Source: a virus (lineage: Duplodnaviria; Caudoviricetes). From it: DNA of 64,000 nt. Position 1 is the first letter of the stretch; the number at the start of each line of letters is the position of its first letter. Of the stretch, positions 1 to 10,760 are shown piece after piece. The stretch is taken from positions 1 through 64,000 of the IMG/VR virus record IMGVR_UViG_3300001528_000378; one strand, 5' to 3'. The notes beneath the pieces are model-generated. The model was not told the DNA's origin. It made no database searches and worked only from the letters and a program-made list of their open reading frames with translations. A program made the translations under genes and the position numbers.

Positions 1-597
1 ACATACGCACCCAATCCAATTAATGAAAAAAACGGAACTGTTATGCTAATGTCTGCATTGAAATTATATGCAGAAGTAACAGACAATGATGGGAATACAA
101 AACAAGTTCCTATTGGTATGGCCAATAGTATGGATGTAAATGAACGCAGAAATATTATCTACAACTTTGTTATAGGTAATACTGATCCATCTACGGCCCG
201 TGACTTAATTGCTGGCCCAGTAGAAGAAAGCACTATTTCTGTTGGAACCATCGTGATGTACAAGGCCAACCTAATTGGTTTATTATCCAATGGTGCTGGA
301 AGTAATACAAATGACGGTTCTTTGTATGCTGCTTCTATCAGGTATCAGACCAGACCCTTTAAGCTAGTTGAGCAGTGGGTAAACCCTGCTGTTGATACTA
401 AAGATGGGGGTCAAGTTGTACTAACTCAAACTTATAATGGTTGTATGATTTCTGATGTTCGTAAAACTAGGAGCATGCAGAATACCGACTGGCGTGTTTT
501 GGAAGATGTAACCATTCACTTTAAGAACACAGACCTAGTTGTGAATGAGCAGGCTATTAATAACTGGGCTTTGGGTAATTTGGATTTATCCATCTAA
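1..597 (+). CDS. Putative tail tube protein (5'-partial)
   Basis: Frame is open from base 1, so the start is probably upstream; beta-rich ~190 aa protein directly before the chaperone and tape measure genes. Confidence 0.55.
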   Translation, partial: TYAPNPINEKNGTVMLMSALKLYAEVTDNDGNTKQVPIGMANSMDVNERRNIIYNFVIGNTDPSTARDLIAGPVEESTISVGTIVMYKANLIGLLSNGAGSNTNDGSLYAASIRYQTRPFKLVEQWVNPAVDTKDGGQVVLTQTYNGCMISDVRKTRSMQNTDWRVLEDVTIHFKNTDLVVNEQAINNWALGNLDLSI

Positions 598-616
598 CCT
601 AGAAAATAAGTTATAC

Positions 617-649
617 AACACCTCCTATATAACAGTAGGAGGTGTTTTT
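617..649 (+). terminator. Intrinsic terminator
   Basis: AACACCTCCTA / TATAACAG loop / TAGGAGGTGTT followed by a T-run. Confidence 0.8.
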
Positions 650-676
650 AGTTTACATTTTGATATTATATAGAGG
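649..676 (+). promoter_or_regulatory. Conserved 28-bp motif, copy 1 (putative late promoter)
   Basis: TAGTTTACATTTTGATATTATATAGAGG; near-identical copies at 8407, 19147 and 56876. Confidence 0.7.
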
Positions 677-700
677 ATATATTTATTTGAGGTGATTTGA

Positions 701-1096
701 ATGGAATCATTAATTGCATTATTTAAGGCAGAGCCTTTTAAGAAAACATATGATATTGGTGGTGTAAAAGTAACATTAAGTATGCTCACAAGAGAACAAT
801 ATGACGATGTTATGAGTAGAGCCAATATTTCTACTGAAGACTTAATCTCCAAGGAAGCACTAATTAGACGGCCCATTTTGGGTTATTCTTTACAAGATAT
901 TAATGGTGTGAAGTTGAAGGATATCAAGGAAGTAAAGGATATAATTGATGAAACCAAAGGGGTTTTACCATTAAATTTGGCTATTGAAAAAGCATTGGGT
1001 AAATTTGACGCAGGATTTATTGATATTCTATTTGGTTTTTATAATACTTTGGTAGAAGACGACGCAAAGAATAAAGAAGAAATAAAAAAAGCCTAG
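701..1096 (+). CDS. Tail assembly chaperone (lambda gpG-like)
   Basis: 131 aa, between tube and tape measure, ends in slippery A-AAA-AAA-G. Confidence 0.7.
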   Translation: MESLIALFKAEPFKKTYDIGGVKVTLSMLTREQYDDVMSRANISTEDLISKEALIRRPILGYSLQDINGVKLKDIKEVKDIIDETKGVLPLNLAIEKALGKFDAGFIDILFGFYNTLVEDDAKNKEEIKKA

Positions 1097-1455
1097 GTAG
1101 CGAATTTGGTAGGTCTATTTGGATAATATTTAAGAAAATAGGAAACTTACCAGATTTTATCAATTTTATTTCAAACCCCATACTTCTAAATTGGGCTACC
1201 GAAAATATAAGAAAAGACTGGGAATCTGAGTTTGACGACTGGAAGAATAAATTTGAAGCCGTCAAACCGTGGCTTAATTATCAATTATATTCTTATGCAG
1301 AAAAGCAGAAAGAGAGAAAAGAAAATATGAGAAGTATGGCTGCACAAGCACTTGGTGTATCAGATAAACAAGTGGTGGTGGTCAATGCTTTTGAAGAAGA
1401 ATTAAAGAAGATGGGGTTACCAAAAGAAGAAATTGAAAGGCTGGTAAATAACTAA
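1084..1455 (+). CDS. -1 frameshift extension of the tail chaperone (gpGT-like)
   Basis: A7 run at 1084-1090; -1 frame open 1090-1455 (SLGSEFGRSIW...IERLVNN*), its TAA overlapping the tape-measure ATG; absent from the ORF track. Confidence 0.75.
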   Translation, partial: KKSLGSEFGRSIWIIFKKIGNLPDFINFISNPILLNWATENIRKDWESEFDDWKNKFEAVKPWLNYQLYSYAEKQKERKENMRSMAAQALGVSDKQVVVVNAFEEELKKMGLPKEEIERLVNN

Positions 1456-3323
1456 TGGCAGACGAATTAAATACACAGAGTGATGTTCAAGTAACACTAG
1501 CAGCGGTGGTTCAGGCTATACAGAACAGTACCACCGCAGTGACACGTGTGGCCAACATTATTGCAACTGGTACAGATACACAGAAAAAGAAACTTGCTGG
1601 AAAGGCAGAGGATGTATTGACCACTCCAGGTTTGACAGAAAAGGCTGTGTCAAAGGCTCTGGTGTCATTGGTAAATGATGTTTTTTCAAAATTAAAAAAA
1701 TCTAGGAGTAGCAGAGGTACATCTCGGTCGTCTGGTATACCCAATACCATGATGTCCAAATTAAGTACACAACTTAATGCTTTAAATGAAAATCTAACTA
1801 ACTTATATACAGGGGTAAAAAGTCAAGTAAAGGTTACAAATGAAATATCATCCCGTCAAAAAATAAGCACACAGCTTGATCTTGGTGGAAAGTATTCCAC
1901 AGGGTTTAGAAGAAGTTTAGCAAAGTATCCAGGATATAAAAAAATTGCTCCACTAGGTGTAAAGTCAATGGGTGAGGTTGCAGCATGGGGCGACTTTTTT
2001 AGGGGTATTACAGGGATGTTTCCAGCAAAGAGTGCTCCGTTCAGATTCTTTTCTAAGATTCATAAATCTTTGGGAAATATAGGGGAGTTTAAACCTGGAC
2101 TGATATCCAATGTACTAGGTATGACTCTTGCCACAGTTCTTGCAACTACTGCTAAGGAATCTATTAGGTTTATTGGGCAGAATATAATGCATGCATATAA
2201 GTCTACCTATAGTGGGATAGGGCTTGAAGTTTTAACTGGAAGAAGTGTTGGTTATATGGACCAATCATCTGTATTATCCAGAGCTGCTTTAATGGGGTAT
2301 GACAGAGATACCACAATAGAAAGACAGCGTGAGTTTGCACAGGCTGGTATAACTAATCAAGAGCAGTTCCTATCTGGTTTAGCAGCAGAAAAAGCCTATG
2401 GTGTAACTAATGTTGCACAGTATTATCAAATGCTTACTCGTAGAACAGATGCTGTTAGTAGATATGGCAATGATTTGGCTAAAACTTTTGCTAGACTCGT
2501 ACCTGTTGCAAAAAATGCGGGTATGGGTGTGCGAGAAATGCAACAGCAGGTAGTATCCTTTACAGATAGTATTAAGGGGGGTGGTTTTAAAGATACTGCT
2601 GTACAGTCGGTGCTGTCTACTTATAGTGGTTTGATAAAAACCAGAGAGTTATCTGCCCAAGATGTTGCTGGTTTGTATAATAGAACACAGTCCTTAGACT
2701 TTGGTAAGCATATGACGGCCACATTATTTGCACAAAGAGGTGGCTATAATTTCAGGTCAGATACTCTGTTAGGACAGGCATATGAGTTAAGAAGACTACA
2801 AGGTGGGGATTTAGCATCCAAAGGTAGACTTGCATCTGCTCAATTAAGAGGTGTATTATCCAATTTTGGTGTTAGTTCCTTTGCTCAACTACCTGATTCC
2901 CAAAAAATGATGTTCTTGGAAAACATCCTTCCACAAACATTGGGTATAGATGTAGGTAGACTCCCAAGTGCAGATAAAATTATAAGTATGCTTGAACGTG
3001 GAGCAGATATCACCAAAATGGGTGGATCATTACAAGCAGAACTAGATAATGCACAGAGAAAATCAACAGAAGATATTGTACGCGGATTAGACGCTTTACA
3101 GAACCCAGTAAATCATATTAGAGAATACTTGCTCAGCTATTTTACAGGTGGTAGGGATCAATTTAAGGCTTTTATTAAGGATCAACAGAGCAAAGAAGCC
3201 AACGGTACAAAACCACAGCCAATTCAATTAACTGCTTATATAGACCAAAAAATGAAAGATAACTTAGAAGTAAAATTTGGTGTTCCGGGTCAGCCAGTGA
3301 AAACAGCACCTACTAGGAGATAG
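1455..3323 (+). CDS. Tape measure protein
   Basis: 622 aa, helical, A/G/S/Q-rich, follows the frameshifting chaperone. Confidence 0.65.
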   Translation: MADELNTQSDVQVTLAAVVQAIQNSTTAVTRVANIIATGTDTQKKKLAGKAEDVLTTPGLTEKAVSKALVSLVNDVFSKLKKSRSSRGTSRSSGIPNTMMSKLSTQLNALNENLTNLYTGVKSQVKVTNEISSRQKISTQLDLGGKYSTGFRRSLAKYPGYKKIAPLGVKSMGEVAAWGDFFRGITGMFPAKSAPFRFFSKIHKSLGNIGEFKPGLISNVLGMTLATVLATTAKESIRFIGQNIMHAYKSTYSGIGLEVLTGRSVGYMDQSSVLSRAALMGYDRDTTIERQREFAQAGITNQEQFLSGLAAEKAYGVTNVAQYYQMLTRRTDAVSRYGNDLAKTFARLVPVAKNAGMGVREMQQQVVSFTDSIKGGGFKDTAVQSVLSTYSGLIKTRELSAQDVAGLYNRTQSLDFGKHMTATLFAQRGGYNFRSDTLLGQAYELRRLQGGDLASKGRLASAQLRGVLSNFGVSSFAQLPDSQKMMFLENILPQTLGIDVGRLPSADKIISMLERGADITKMGGSLQAELDNAQRKSTEDIVRGLDALQNPVNHIREYLLSYFTGGRDQFKAFIKDQQSKEANGTKPQPIQLTAYIDQKMKDNLEVKFGVPGQPVKTAPTRR

Positions 3324-3325
3324 AA

Positions 3326-4195
3326 ATGGGATTAGCAACTAACTTATCAGGTGGGGAGCACGCCTATCAATTTATTATAGGGAACACAAAAGTTCCCCTG
3401 TTTTATATGCCGAGTCAGAACCCTAACTCAATGAATATAACAAATAAAAAAGAGTTTAATAGGACACAAACTATTGGTGGTCAGGCTTTTGAACACTGGG
3501 GTGAACAGCCAGCAATTATGGACGTTACAATGCGTATTCGTAAGAATAGTTTTGCTGGAAATATTGTAGGTATATATAAAGAAAATAAGTATGACCTAGA
3601 AGATCCAATGATATGTACAGAGTTAGAAATTATGGAGGCCATATACCATCTTGATAGACACCCTATTAAAGGGACATTTGGTGATTTGTTAAATAAGGCC
3701 CCAGTAATAGGTAAGAAAAGTTCCCCTGTTTCTGTACAAAAAACAAATATAAAAAATTCTGTTGTTAATGTTACTACATCAAGTGGTGGGAGTATTATAG
3801 GTTCTGGTAAGGATATACTGCTAAAAAATGCTACATTTACAATGTCGGATAGTGCAAGTGTTTTGCCAGGAACTGCATTAACAGATAAGGTATCTATTGG
3901 GGATAGATTAAATAAAGTATCTGATACCATTATTTTTTATAAGAATGAACTTTATTCTGGGTTTTTTCAAGATTTTAAAGTAGAAGAAGACGGTGAGCAC
4001 CCATTTTTTAATAAAGTAACATTTAATTTTATTATAACATCTACTTTAAGAGATTATTTATATGATGTACTAACGTCCAATCAAGTTGGAAGAGTAATTT
4101 TAGGTGCTATTGGAACGGCATCAGCAGTTACTGCTTCTGGATATTTAATTGATAGTTTAACTAAGGGTGCAGATAGCCTTAAAGGTTTAATCTAA
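3326..4195 (+). CDS. Putative baseplate/tail-tube initiator protein
   Basis: NPNSM...TQTIGG...EHWG pattern; position after tape measure. Confidence 0.5.
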   Translation: MGLATNLSGGEHAYQFIIGNTKVPLFYMPSQNPNSMNITNKKEFNRTQTIGGQAFEHWGEQPAIMDVTMRIRKNSFAGNIVGIYKENKYDLEDPMICTELEIMEAIYHLDRHPIKGTFGDLLNKAPVIGKKSSPVSVQKTNIKNSVVNVTTSSGGSIIGSGKDILLKNATFTMSDSASVLPGTALTDKVSIGDRLNKVSDTIIFYKNELYSGFFQDFKVEEDGEHPFFNKVTFNFIITSTLRDYLYDVLTSNQVGRVILGAIGTASAVTASGYLIDSLTKGADSLKGLI

Positions 4196-7100
4196 TGTCT
4201 TACACACAGAAAAACTTAAATAACATACATTTAAATAGGCCAGCACTGGTTACTATTAAGAAACCACTTGCTTCTAATGAAGAGATGAGCCAAGAGTTGA
4301 TAAAACTCTTGGATGGTGTTGTTCCTATGAAAACAAAAAAGTGGGAACAGCTAAAATCCGGTGGTGGAAGATATAAAGCAATATATTATAATCCATATTT
4401 TAATATAGCCTACGCCTTAGGGTATAATGAAAATCTTTACTTTCATAGTTTTCAAGGATTTGATAGTAAAGATAAGTATTCTAGCTTGGAACCAAATGCG
4501 GAGTATGTTAAAACTAGGTATCCTGTTATTACAACACAGGAAAGACTTAAAAGTATTCCAACTGGTCCAAAGAATTTGTTTTTAAGAGTATTTACAGACA
4601 ATATGATAGTGGCCCCATCTTATTATGGGTATCAATGGACTAAGTGGTTTTCTAAGTATTTAAAAACCACTAAATCTGCTGTAGAAAAACAAAAAGAAAT
4701 AGATAAGAGAACTTGGTATGTGTTTGTTTTAGACAGTAATTATTACATACCATCTTTAACTGATAATAAGTATGGTGAAAATGTATATACAGAGGATTTA
4801 GGTGGTTTAGATACACAGGTACCAAGTGTTACAGACACAGGAGTAGAGGATCACTTTTCTCCCTCTTCTACACTTAAAAAACAGCAAGCCCGCTCTAGAT
4901 ATAATCTAGATAGAAATGTTATCTATAAAGTGGAAGAAATGTCCTTTTCAAAAACTACACCATCTTCATATTTAAAGGGGTACCAGTTTTCAGGATTAAG
5001 GAATGCTCCCTGTGCTAAAATATTATTTAGAAAAGATGTTAGCATACCAAGAGCCTACCAAGTTATTTTGCAGGAATCAACAGACTGTATTGTTCCAGAT
5101 ATCCGTACAAAAAAGCAGATAGAGGATAGATATGCTGAGTACAATAAACATTATAATGGTAAAAAATATGTAAAGTATCTATCTGATTTACAGAGTTTAG
5201 TAAAGAAAGTAAATTCCGACTATTCTTCTGTAAAAACACCTGTTGGGTTTGTAGAAACACCTATAGTGGCTAATAATAAGTATGATGGTTTAGTTAAGAG
5301 CTGGAACTCAGAATTGAAAACTGTTTATATTGCCATATCAGATTTATTAAAAGATTATTTAAAGGGTGATTTAATTAATCAAATTTCCAGTGGTAAGGTC
5401 ACCAATTTAATTGCCACAGACTATGCTGAGTGGGAAACTGAAACATATGAATATACAAGTCAGATTTCAGGTATAGAGTATGCTATTATTCAAGGGAAAC
5501 CGTCTATTATTTTTCCCTCTAGTAGTCCTTTCTCGTCTGTATTTAATGCCTATGTAACTATGGTCGATAGGGTTAACAGAGAGTATAATGCAACTAAAAC
5601 AGATGTTTCTGATTATAGACCAGATGCAGGCTTTGAGTGCCCATTAAGATTAATAAGTCAGGATAGAAATTTAATGTCAGGTGATACCTCTAGGGATTAT
5701 TTGTCAACTGGAAGTTTATATGGCACAATATCAGGGTCTTCTAGTATTACAAAGGCAGAATCATCAGATAGACCCATAGAAACGGCTGTTCAGTATCAGG
5801 CTGCTATTAATTCCTATGGTGGCGCAACCGCTGGAAATACAAACTTAACAACATTTACTAATACATATAGGGATATTGTATCTTCCTCTGTTGATATGAT
5901 AGACTTCAAACTTATGTATTACATGATGATTAAGTTCGAGGTGGTACTGCCTAAATATTTAAAGTTATTGGATGATTTTTTAACTGGCAATAAGTTTAGT
6001 CCAGTTAAGATGTATCCAATGGACTTTTTTGATGCTACAAATTCATTAGAGTATGGCAATACAGGGAAATTTGGTGATGGGGCTACTGTTAGTGTTCCAG
6101 ATAAGTTTGGTAATAATGATATTCAAACTTATGATTTACCACCCGTATTAAATTATGAAACTATAACCCAACTTCCATTAGAAACTAAAAATAAGCTATT
6201 AAATATTTATGAAAATGCTTATTTTGGTGGTTGGTCTGGATTTTATTACACAAGTTCTACTCCAAATAATGAGTCTATATCAGAATATACAAACACAGTG
6301 GTAGCCACCACAGTAAAGGGTATAGATGATATTAGATTACAGCTGGATGGTATTGCAAATAAGGATGTAGAAACGATAGCCCTATCTAGGCAGACAATGG
6401 GTAAGAGTTCTGCTACCATTGTATTAAATGATATAGATGGAAAGTATATATATAAAACAGGCATCTATAAGGGGGACTGTTTATTTGAACCCTTAGATGA
6501 GGTTTCTGTATACTTACCAAATTTAGATGGGTCAATTTCCCAGTCTTTTGTAGGGTATATATCTTCTGTAAATCAGACTAATCAAAGTGGTTATCATAGT
6601 ATATCTATATCGTGTGACTGCCCGATTAAACTACTAGAAATAGTAAGAACAAACATTAAACCTTCTATGGACCAGTCTGAGTCCGGATATTCGTCTGTGC
6701 ACCCATTTACAGTTCCATGGGATATGCTAAAAACCATAGAGAAGTGGGCACCTTTGATGCTTGCACAAGGTTTGACCTATATGACTTCCATGTTAGGTAG
6801 TTATAATGGAAAAGTATATAGTATAATAACTGAGAATAAAAAAGGAAGAGATTCCTTTAATATTCAGTCACCCTATTTCAACGATAACTTGATAGGTTAT
6901 TTATGGTTTAGAAGGAGTAAAAATTTTAAAGACCAAGAAAAAGCGTCCACATACCTAACTAAACTTTTAAATGAGTATGTTAACACTAGAAAATATATTA
7001 ATGGGCAGAGTTGTGCAGACTCAGAAGAAGTAAAAGGTATCGTTCCAGTATCAGATGTTCTAAATGTTAATGCATCCTCAAATAATAATAGGTATGTAAG

Positions 7101-8409
7101 GTCTAGCTATACAATATATAAACAACGTGGAGACAATGAGTTCTTTAAAAACAATAGGGAAGTATCCGCCCAACTGACTGGTACAATGCAACCAGCCTTT
7201 GCATTAGGGTACTCAGATATCCCCCTAGTATTTTCTGATTATAAAACTAACACAGAAATACTTTTAGAAACAGCAGAGAAATTTAATTTCTTTTACTATT
7301 CAGATAGGTCTGGTGTTGTTAGATTTTGTCCTCCTCAATTAGATTTATCAAACTTAAATGTGGTAGATGGTAAGTTTATTACTGATAGGGTTTTTAAGAA
7401 TAATGATTATTCTTATGATTACTCCTCACCAGATATTTTAAGTGACCAAACAATAGCAACTCTTACAGACGAAGTGGATGATAGTAAGCTAGTTAACTGG
7501 ATACAATTAAGTGGGTCTTGGGCAGAATCTAGTAGTATTGATGGTATTACCACCGGAAATGTGGCTACTGTTCAAGATATCCCGTCTATTGTTAGATATG
7601 GTATACACTCCCAGAAACAGCAAACAGTTTTGGGTATAAGTAACGATAAGGCTTTAAGAATATATGGAACAGCCCTTATGGATAGGCAGAATAAAAATTT
7701 TAGGTCCGCTAGTGTAGAATCCATAGGAAGGGGAGATACAGACTTAAATAAAACAGTTTATTGTGCTTATAATAATACCATCTATCTAAGAACAGGGTTA
7801 ACTCAGAATTATAGGGCTGGTAGGTCATTTACTACCCAGGAAACGCTAAACTGGGGGAGGAAGCCCTTATTTAGAGTTAAAACTATTTCTGGTCAGAGTT
7901 TTGTTTCAGATTTGGCTAGAAGTTTATCTTTTTATAAACCGTCTACTTTTTCTGGTGTAACCATAGATAGGGATGACACGCAGGAAAAGCTAGATAAATT
8001 GTTTAATAATAATAAGATAACTGCAACATTTTATAATCAAGTATCTAGCATACTAGACGCCCTATCATCAAATGATAAATTAAATACTATGGTGCCCACT
8101 TTTGTATTTAATGGTTACTTATGGGAGGGGGTATCTTCAATATCTTTTGAAGATTTAAGTCTGTCTTTTATGGATAGTGTAATTTCTTCTGGATTTCAGA
8201 CGGCCTTGTCAGTTATTAAGACAGCACAACGAGATTCATACTTTTCTAATATGTCAAAAGTATTAGATTTAGAAAAGGAAACAATAAATAAGAAGTACCT
8301 AAACCTTATGAGTAATTTTACAAGCACATTTAATATTGCTACAAAGGATGAATTTATGCGTATTTATACTGGTACAAATCAATATGTTTCCATAGGTAAT
8401 ACAGATTAG
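4195..8409 (+). CDS. Large baseplate hub-like virion protein
   Basis: 1404 aa; C-terminal half has hub-like segments (FVGYISSV, FFYYSDRSGVVRF, SIVRYG); synteny. Confidence 0.5.
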   Translation: MSYTQKNLNNIHLNRPALVTIKKPLASNEEMSQELIKLLDGVVPMKTKKWEQLKSGGGRYKAIYYNPYFNIAYALGYNENLYFHSFQGFDSKDKYSSLEPNAEYVKTRYPVITTQERLKSIPTGPKNLFLRVFTDNMIVAPSYYGYQWTKWFSKYLKTTKSAVEKQKEIDKRTWYVFVLDSNYYIPSLTDNKYGENVYTEDLGGLDTQVPSVTDTGVEDHFSPSSTLKKQQARSRYNLDRNVIYKVEEMSFSKTTPSSYLKGYQFSGLRNAPCAKILFRKDVSIPRAYQVILQESTDCIVPDIRTKKQIEDRYAEYNKHYNGKKYVKYLSDLQSLVKKVNSDYSSVKTPVGFVETPIVANNKYDGLVKSWNSELKTVYIAISDLLKDYLKGDLINQISSGKVTNLIATDYAEWETETYEYTSQISGIEYAIIQGKPSIIFPSSSPFSSVFNAYVTMVDRVNREYNATKTDVSDYRPDAGFECPLRLISQDRNLMSGDTSRDYLSTGSLYGTISGSSSITKAESSDRPIETAVQYQAAINSYGGATAGNTNLTTFTNTYRDIVSSSVDMIDFKLMYYMMIKFEVVLPKYLKLLDDFLTGNKFSPVKMYPMDFFDATNSLEYGNTGKFGDGATVSVPDKFGNNDIQTYDLPPVLNYETITQLPLETKNKLLNIYENAYFGGWSGFYYTSSTPNNESISEYTNTVVATTVKGIDDIRLQLDGIANKDVETIALSRQTMGKSSATIVLNDIDGKYIYKTGIYKGDCLFEPLDEVSVYLPNLDGSISQSFVGYISSVNQTNQSGYHSISISCDCPIKLLEIVRTNIKPSMDQSESGYSSVHPFTVPWDMLKTIEKWAPLMLAQGLTYMTSMLGSYNGKVYSIITENKKGRDSFNIQSPYFNDNLIGYLWFRRSKNFKDQEKASTYLTKLLNEYVNTRKYINGQSCADSEEVKGIVPVSDVLNVNASSNNNRYVRSSYTIYKQRGDNEFFKNNREVSAQLTGTMQPAFALGYSDIPLVFSDYKTNTEILLETAEKFNFFYYSDRSGVVRFCPPQLDLSNLNVVDGKFITDRVFKNNDYSYDYSSPDILSDQTIATLTDEVDDSKLVNWIQLSGSWAESSSIDGITTGNVATVQDIPSIVRYGIHSQKQQTVLGISNDKALRIYGTALMDRQNKNFRSASVESIGRGDTDLNKTVYCAYNNTIYLRTGLTQNYRAGRSFTTQETLNWGRKPLFRVKTISGQSFVSDLARSLSFYKPSTFSGVTIDRDDTQEKLDKLFNNNKITATFYNQVSSILDALSSNDKLNTMVPTFVFNGYLWEGVSSISFEDLSLSFMDSVISSGFQTALSVIKTAQRDSYFSNMSKVLDLEKETINKKYLNLMSNFTSTFNIATKDEFMRIYTGTNQYVSIGNTD

Positions 8410-8434
8410 TTTACATTTTTGTATTATATAGAGG
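8407..8434 (+). promoter_or_regulatory. Conserved 28-bp motif, copy 2
   Basis: TAGTTTACATTTTTGTATTATATAGAGG; leading TAG is the upstream stop codon; ATG at 8439. Confidence 0.7.
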
Positions 8435-8438
8435 TAGT

Positions 8439-9938
8439 ATGAGCGACATTGGTTCTATACAGCGTGATTTAACAGCACCATATACAACAGATTTAGGTAA
8501 TTTTTCTAAAACTGTTAGGTTCGCTCGTATTGTAGATGTGTATGATGCGTCTATACTTACAAGTAATGCCTCTGGTGAGAAGGATAAGTATGGTAAGGTT
8601 AGTGTTATATTTCTGGATAGCCCAGGAACAGTACCTACTCTAATACCATTTTTATCTACTTGGCACTCTTGGTCAAGAGGTTCTGGTATTATGTGTATGC
8701 CAGAACAAAATGATATTGTAGCTTGTTTGGAACAGATTGGTGGATTTCCAGTTATTATAGGTTTTTTACCCTATAAATGGAACGAGTCAACAAAAAATAT
8801 ATACTCTGTTTCCACAAATTCAGTAGGATATACAAAGCCTCTTTATAAGGGTGAGATTTGTATAAAGGCATCTTCTGGTGGAAATGTTCTACTAGATAAA
8901 AATGGTACAATTACTATTTCAGGTGTAGATCCATCTATGCAGGATTCAGTTGTTCTTGGTATAGAGGGAAACTGCACGGAACAGTCATTTAACAGAACAG
9001 TACCAAATGCAAAGGCTATAATTAATAAGACAGTTGTTGGGAAATCATATTTAATAGACGGTACTGCCAAATATGTAGGTAATTTTCCACAGATATTTGA
9101 AAGTGGTATGGCAGAGGTAGCAGAACAGTCAGTTACTTTTGATTATGCTTCTCAAATAGAGTTCATTCTTGCACCAGATACAGAGATATCTGATATTATT
9201 AGTGTAAATATTTATGCAACAGAGAACAATGTACCAAAGGTGTATTCTCTAAGTGAGGGGCAGTACACAATACAGTGTACAAACATCTATACACCAGGTG
9301 AACCCTCACCTTTAAATACAGACTATAAACCAGCTACCATTGAAAGAAATAGTTATTGCTATACTCTGATAACAAATGATATTGGATATACTAATGCAAA
9401 ACTTACAATAACTTATAATTTACGCAAGTTTTCTGGTGGTATTCGTGTAAATAGTGCCGGAGATTTATTTTTAGATGGTAGAAATGTTATTGTAAGAGCA
9501 AACAATGAAGTGTCTTCCTTATCTTTATCTAGTACAGGTACGGCAGAATTAAGAGGAATTGTGTCCACAACAGTGGGCAATACCTATTCAGGCAGTTTAA
9601 CTTGTGATAATGCGTCTGTATCTTACTGTAATGGTTTAATGGACGACGGTGGAAAAATTAATAAGAAAACATTAGACGAAACGCTTAATGTTACAGATAC
9701 AGGGGTATCATATTTTTATTTATCAGAAGCGCTACCTCTTATTAAAATGTATAAGCAAGATACAGTTTGGAAATTTGATGGTGTATCAGAAGAAGAATAC
9801 TCATCACTAAGTGGTTCTGATAAGAGTAATATTAAGAAGATTTGGCCATCTGCAATTACAAAATTATTTACAGAAGATAGATTAGCAGAAATATTGAAGG
9901 ATAATCTACTAAGTTATAGTGAATTGAAAAGGAAATAA
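8439..9938 (+). CDS. Baseplate central spike (gpV/gp5-like)
   Basis: N-terminal OB-fold pattern (ARIVDV...GKVSV...GIMCMPEQND...VIIGFL), followed by beta-repeat segments. Confidence 0.6.
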   Translation: MSDIGSIQRDLTAPYTTDLGNFSKTVRFARIVDVYDASILTSNASGEKDKYGKVSVIFLDSPGTVPTLIPFLSTWHSWSRGSGIMCMPEQNDIVACLEQIGGFPVIIGFLPYKWNESTKNIYSVSTNSVGYTKPLYKGEICIKASSGGNVLLDKNGTITISGVDPSMQDSVVLGIEGNCTEQSFNRTVPNAKAIINKTVVGKSYLIDGTAKYVGNFPQIFESGMAEVAEQSVTFDYASQIEFILAPDTEISDIISVNIYATENNVPKVYSLSEGQYTIQCTNIYTPGEPSPLNTDYKPATIERNSYCYTLITNDIGYTNAKLTITYNLRKFSGGIRVNSAGDLFLDGRNVIVRANNEVSSLSLSSTGTAELRGIVSTTVGNTYSGSLTCDNASVSYCNGLMDDGGKINKKTLDETLNVTDTGVSYFYLSEALPLIKMYKQDTVWKFDGVSEEEYSSLSGSDKSNIKKIWPSAITKLFTEDRLAEILKDNLLSYSELKRK

Positions 9939-9939
9939 T

Positions 9940-10278
9940 ATGAAGAAGAAAAATGTAGACAATCACTTTCATACAGTTACTTGTGCCGGGTGTGGAAGAT
10001 ACACAAAAAGTGTAGATAAGAATACACTTCGGTGGTATTGTTCAGATTGTTTTTTGGGTAACTATAACTTTTTTAGAAAGAAAAATAATAAGGCTCTTAT
10101 TAAGGTTGTATCTTTGCATAAAAATGATAAAGTGCTCTGCACCAATGGTAAAAAGTACACTATACTAGGTAAATCATATGTAATGAATAAAACTCAGTAT
10201 TATAATGCAGTAGAAACTGATTCCAAGGACAAAGCAATTACTTTTATTGGTGATTATCAAGTAGAAGAAGTTTTATGA
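9940..10278 (+). CDS. Small basic Zn-ribbon protein
   Basis: CAGC...CSDC; coupled to neighbouring genes. Confidence 0.5.
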   Translation: MKKKNVDNHFHTVTCAGCGRYTKSVDKNTLRWYCSDCFLGNYNFFRKKNNKALIKVVSLHKNDKVLCTNGKKYTILGKSYVMNKTQYYNAVETDSKDKAITFIGDYQVEEVL

Positions 10279-10754
10279 ATATAAAATCTTTATTGAGTAA
10301 ACAGGGGATAAATATTTCGTCTGATATGGAAGCAACAAAGTTAGTAGACACTCTAATGTCTATGCCTATCTTTTTGAATAAATTTCCTAGTGTTAAATCC
10401 TCAGTAGAGACTGTACAGCAAGTTTTTAATACATTAACAAGTGCAAAGGATAATTTAAAGTCTTTGGAATCATCATTAGATTCAGCAGAAAAGTTTTTAG
10501 TAAAAATGAAAGACACCTATGATAAGGTATTACAGATACCGGGTGCATACTCTGGTACTGGTGTAGGTGCTGTAACAGTTAACCCAATGCCGTCTATTAC
10601 AATAGGCTATTCTGCCATAGTTCAGGCACAGAAATCAGTAGATAAAGCACAAGATTTAGTTAATAAGGCGCAGAATAAAGTGGACTCGCTTTCAAATAAA
10701 TTAGAAGAGACAAAGAAAGCAGTAATTAAAAAAATAATATCATCAAAGGTTTAA
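10275..10754 (+). CDS. Coiled-coil hairpin protein, probably virion
   Basis: Two heptad-rich helices flanking a Gly/hydrophobic loop. Confidence 0.5.
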   Translation: MNIKSLLSKQGINISSDMEATKLVDTLMSMPIFLNKFPSVKSSVETVQQVFNTLTSAKDNLKSLESSLDSAEKFLVKMKDTYDKVLQIPGAYSGTGVGAVTVNPMPSITIGYSAIVQAQKSVDKAQDLVNKAQNKVDSLSNKLEETKKAVIKKIISSKV

Positions 10755-10760
10755 TATAAA

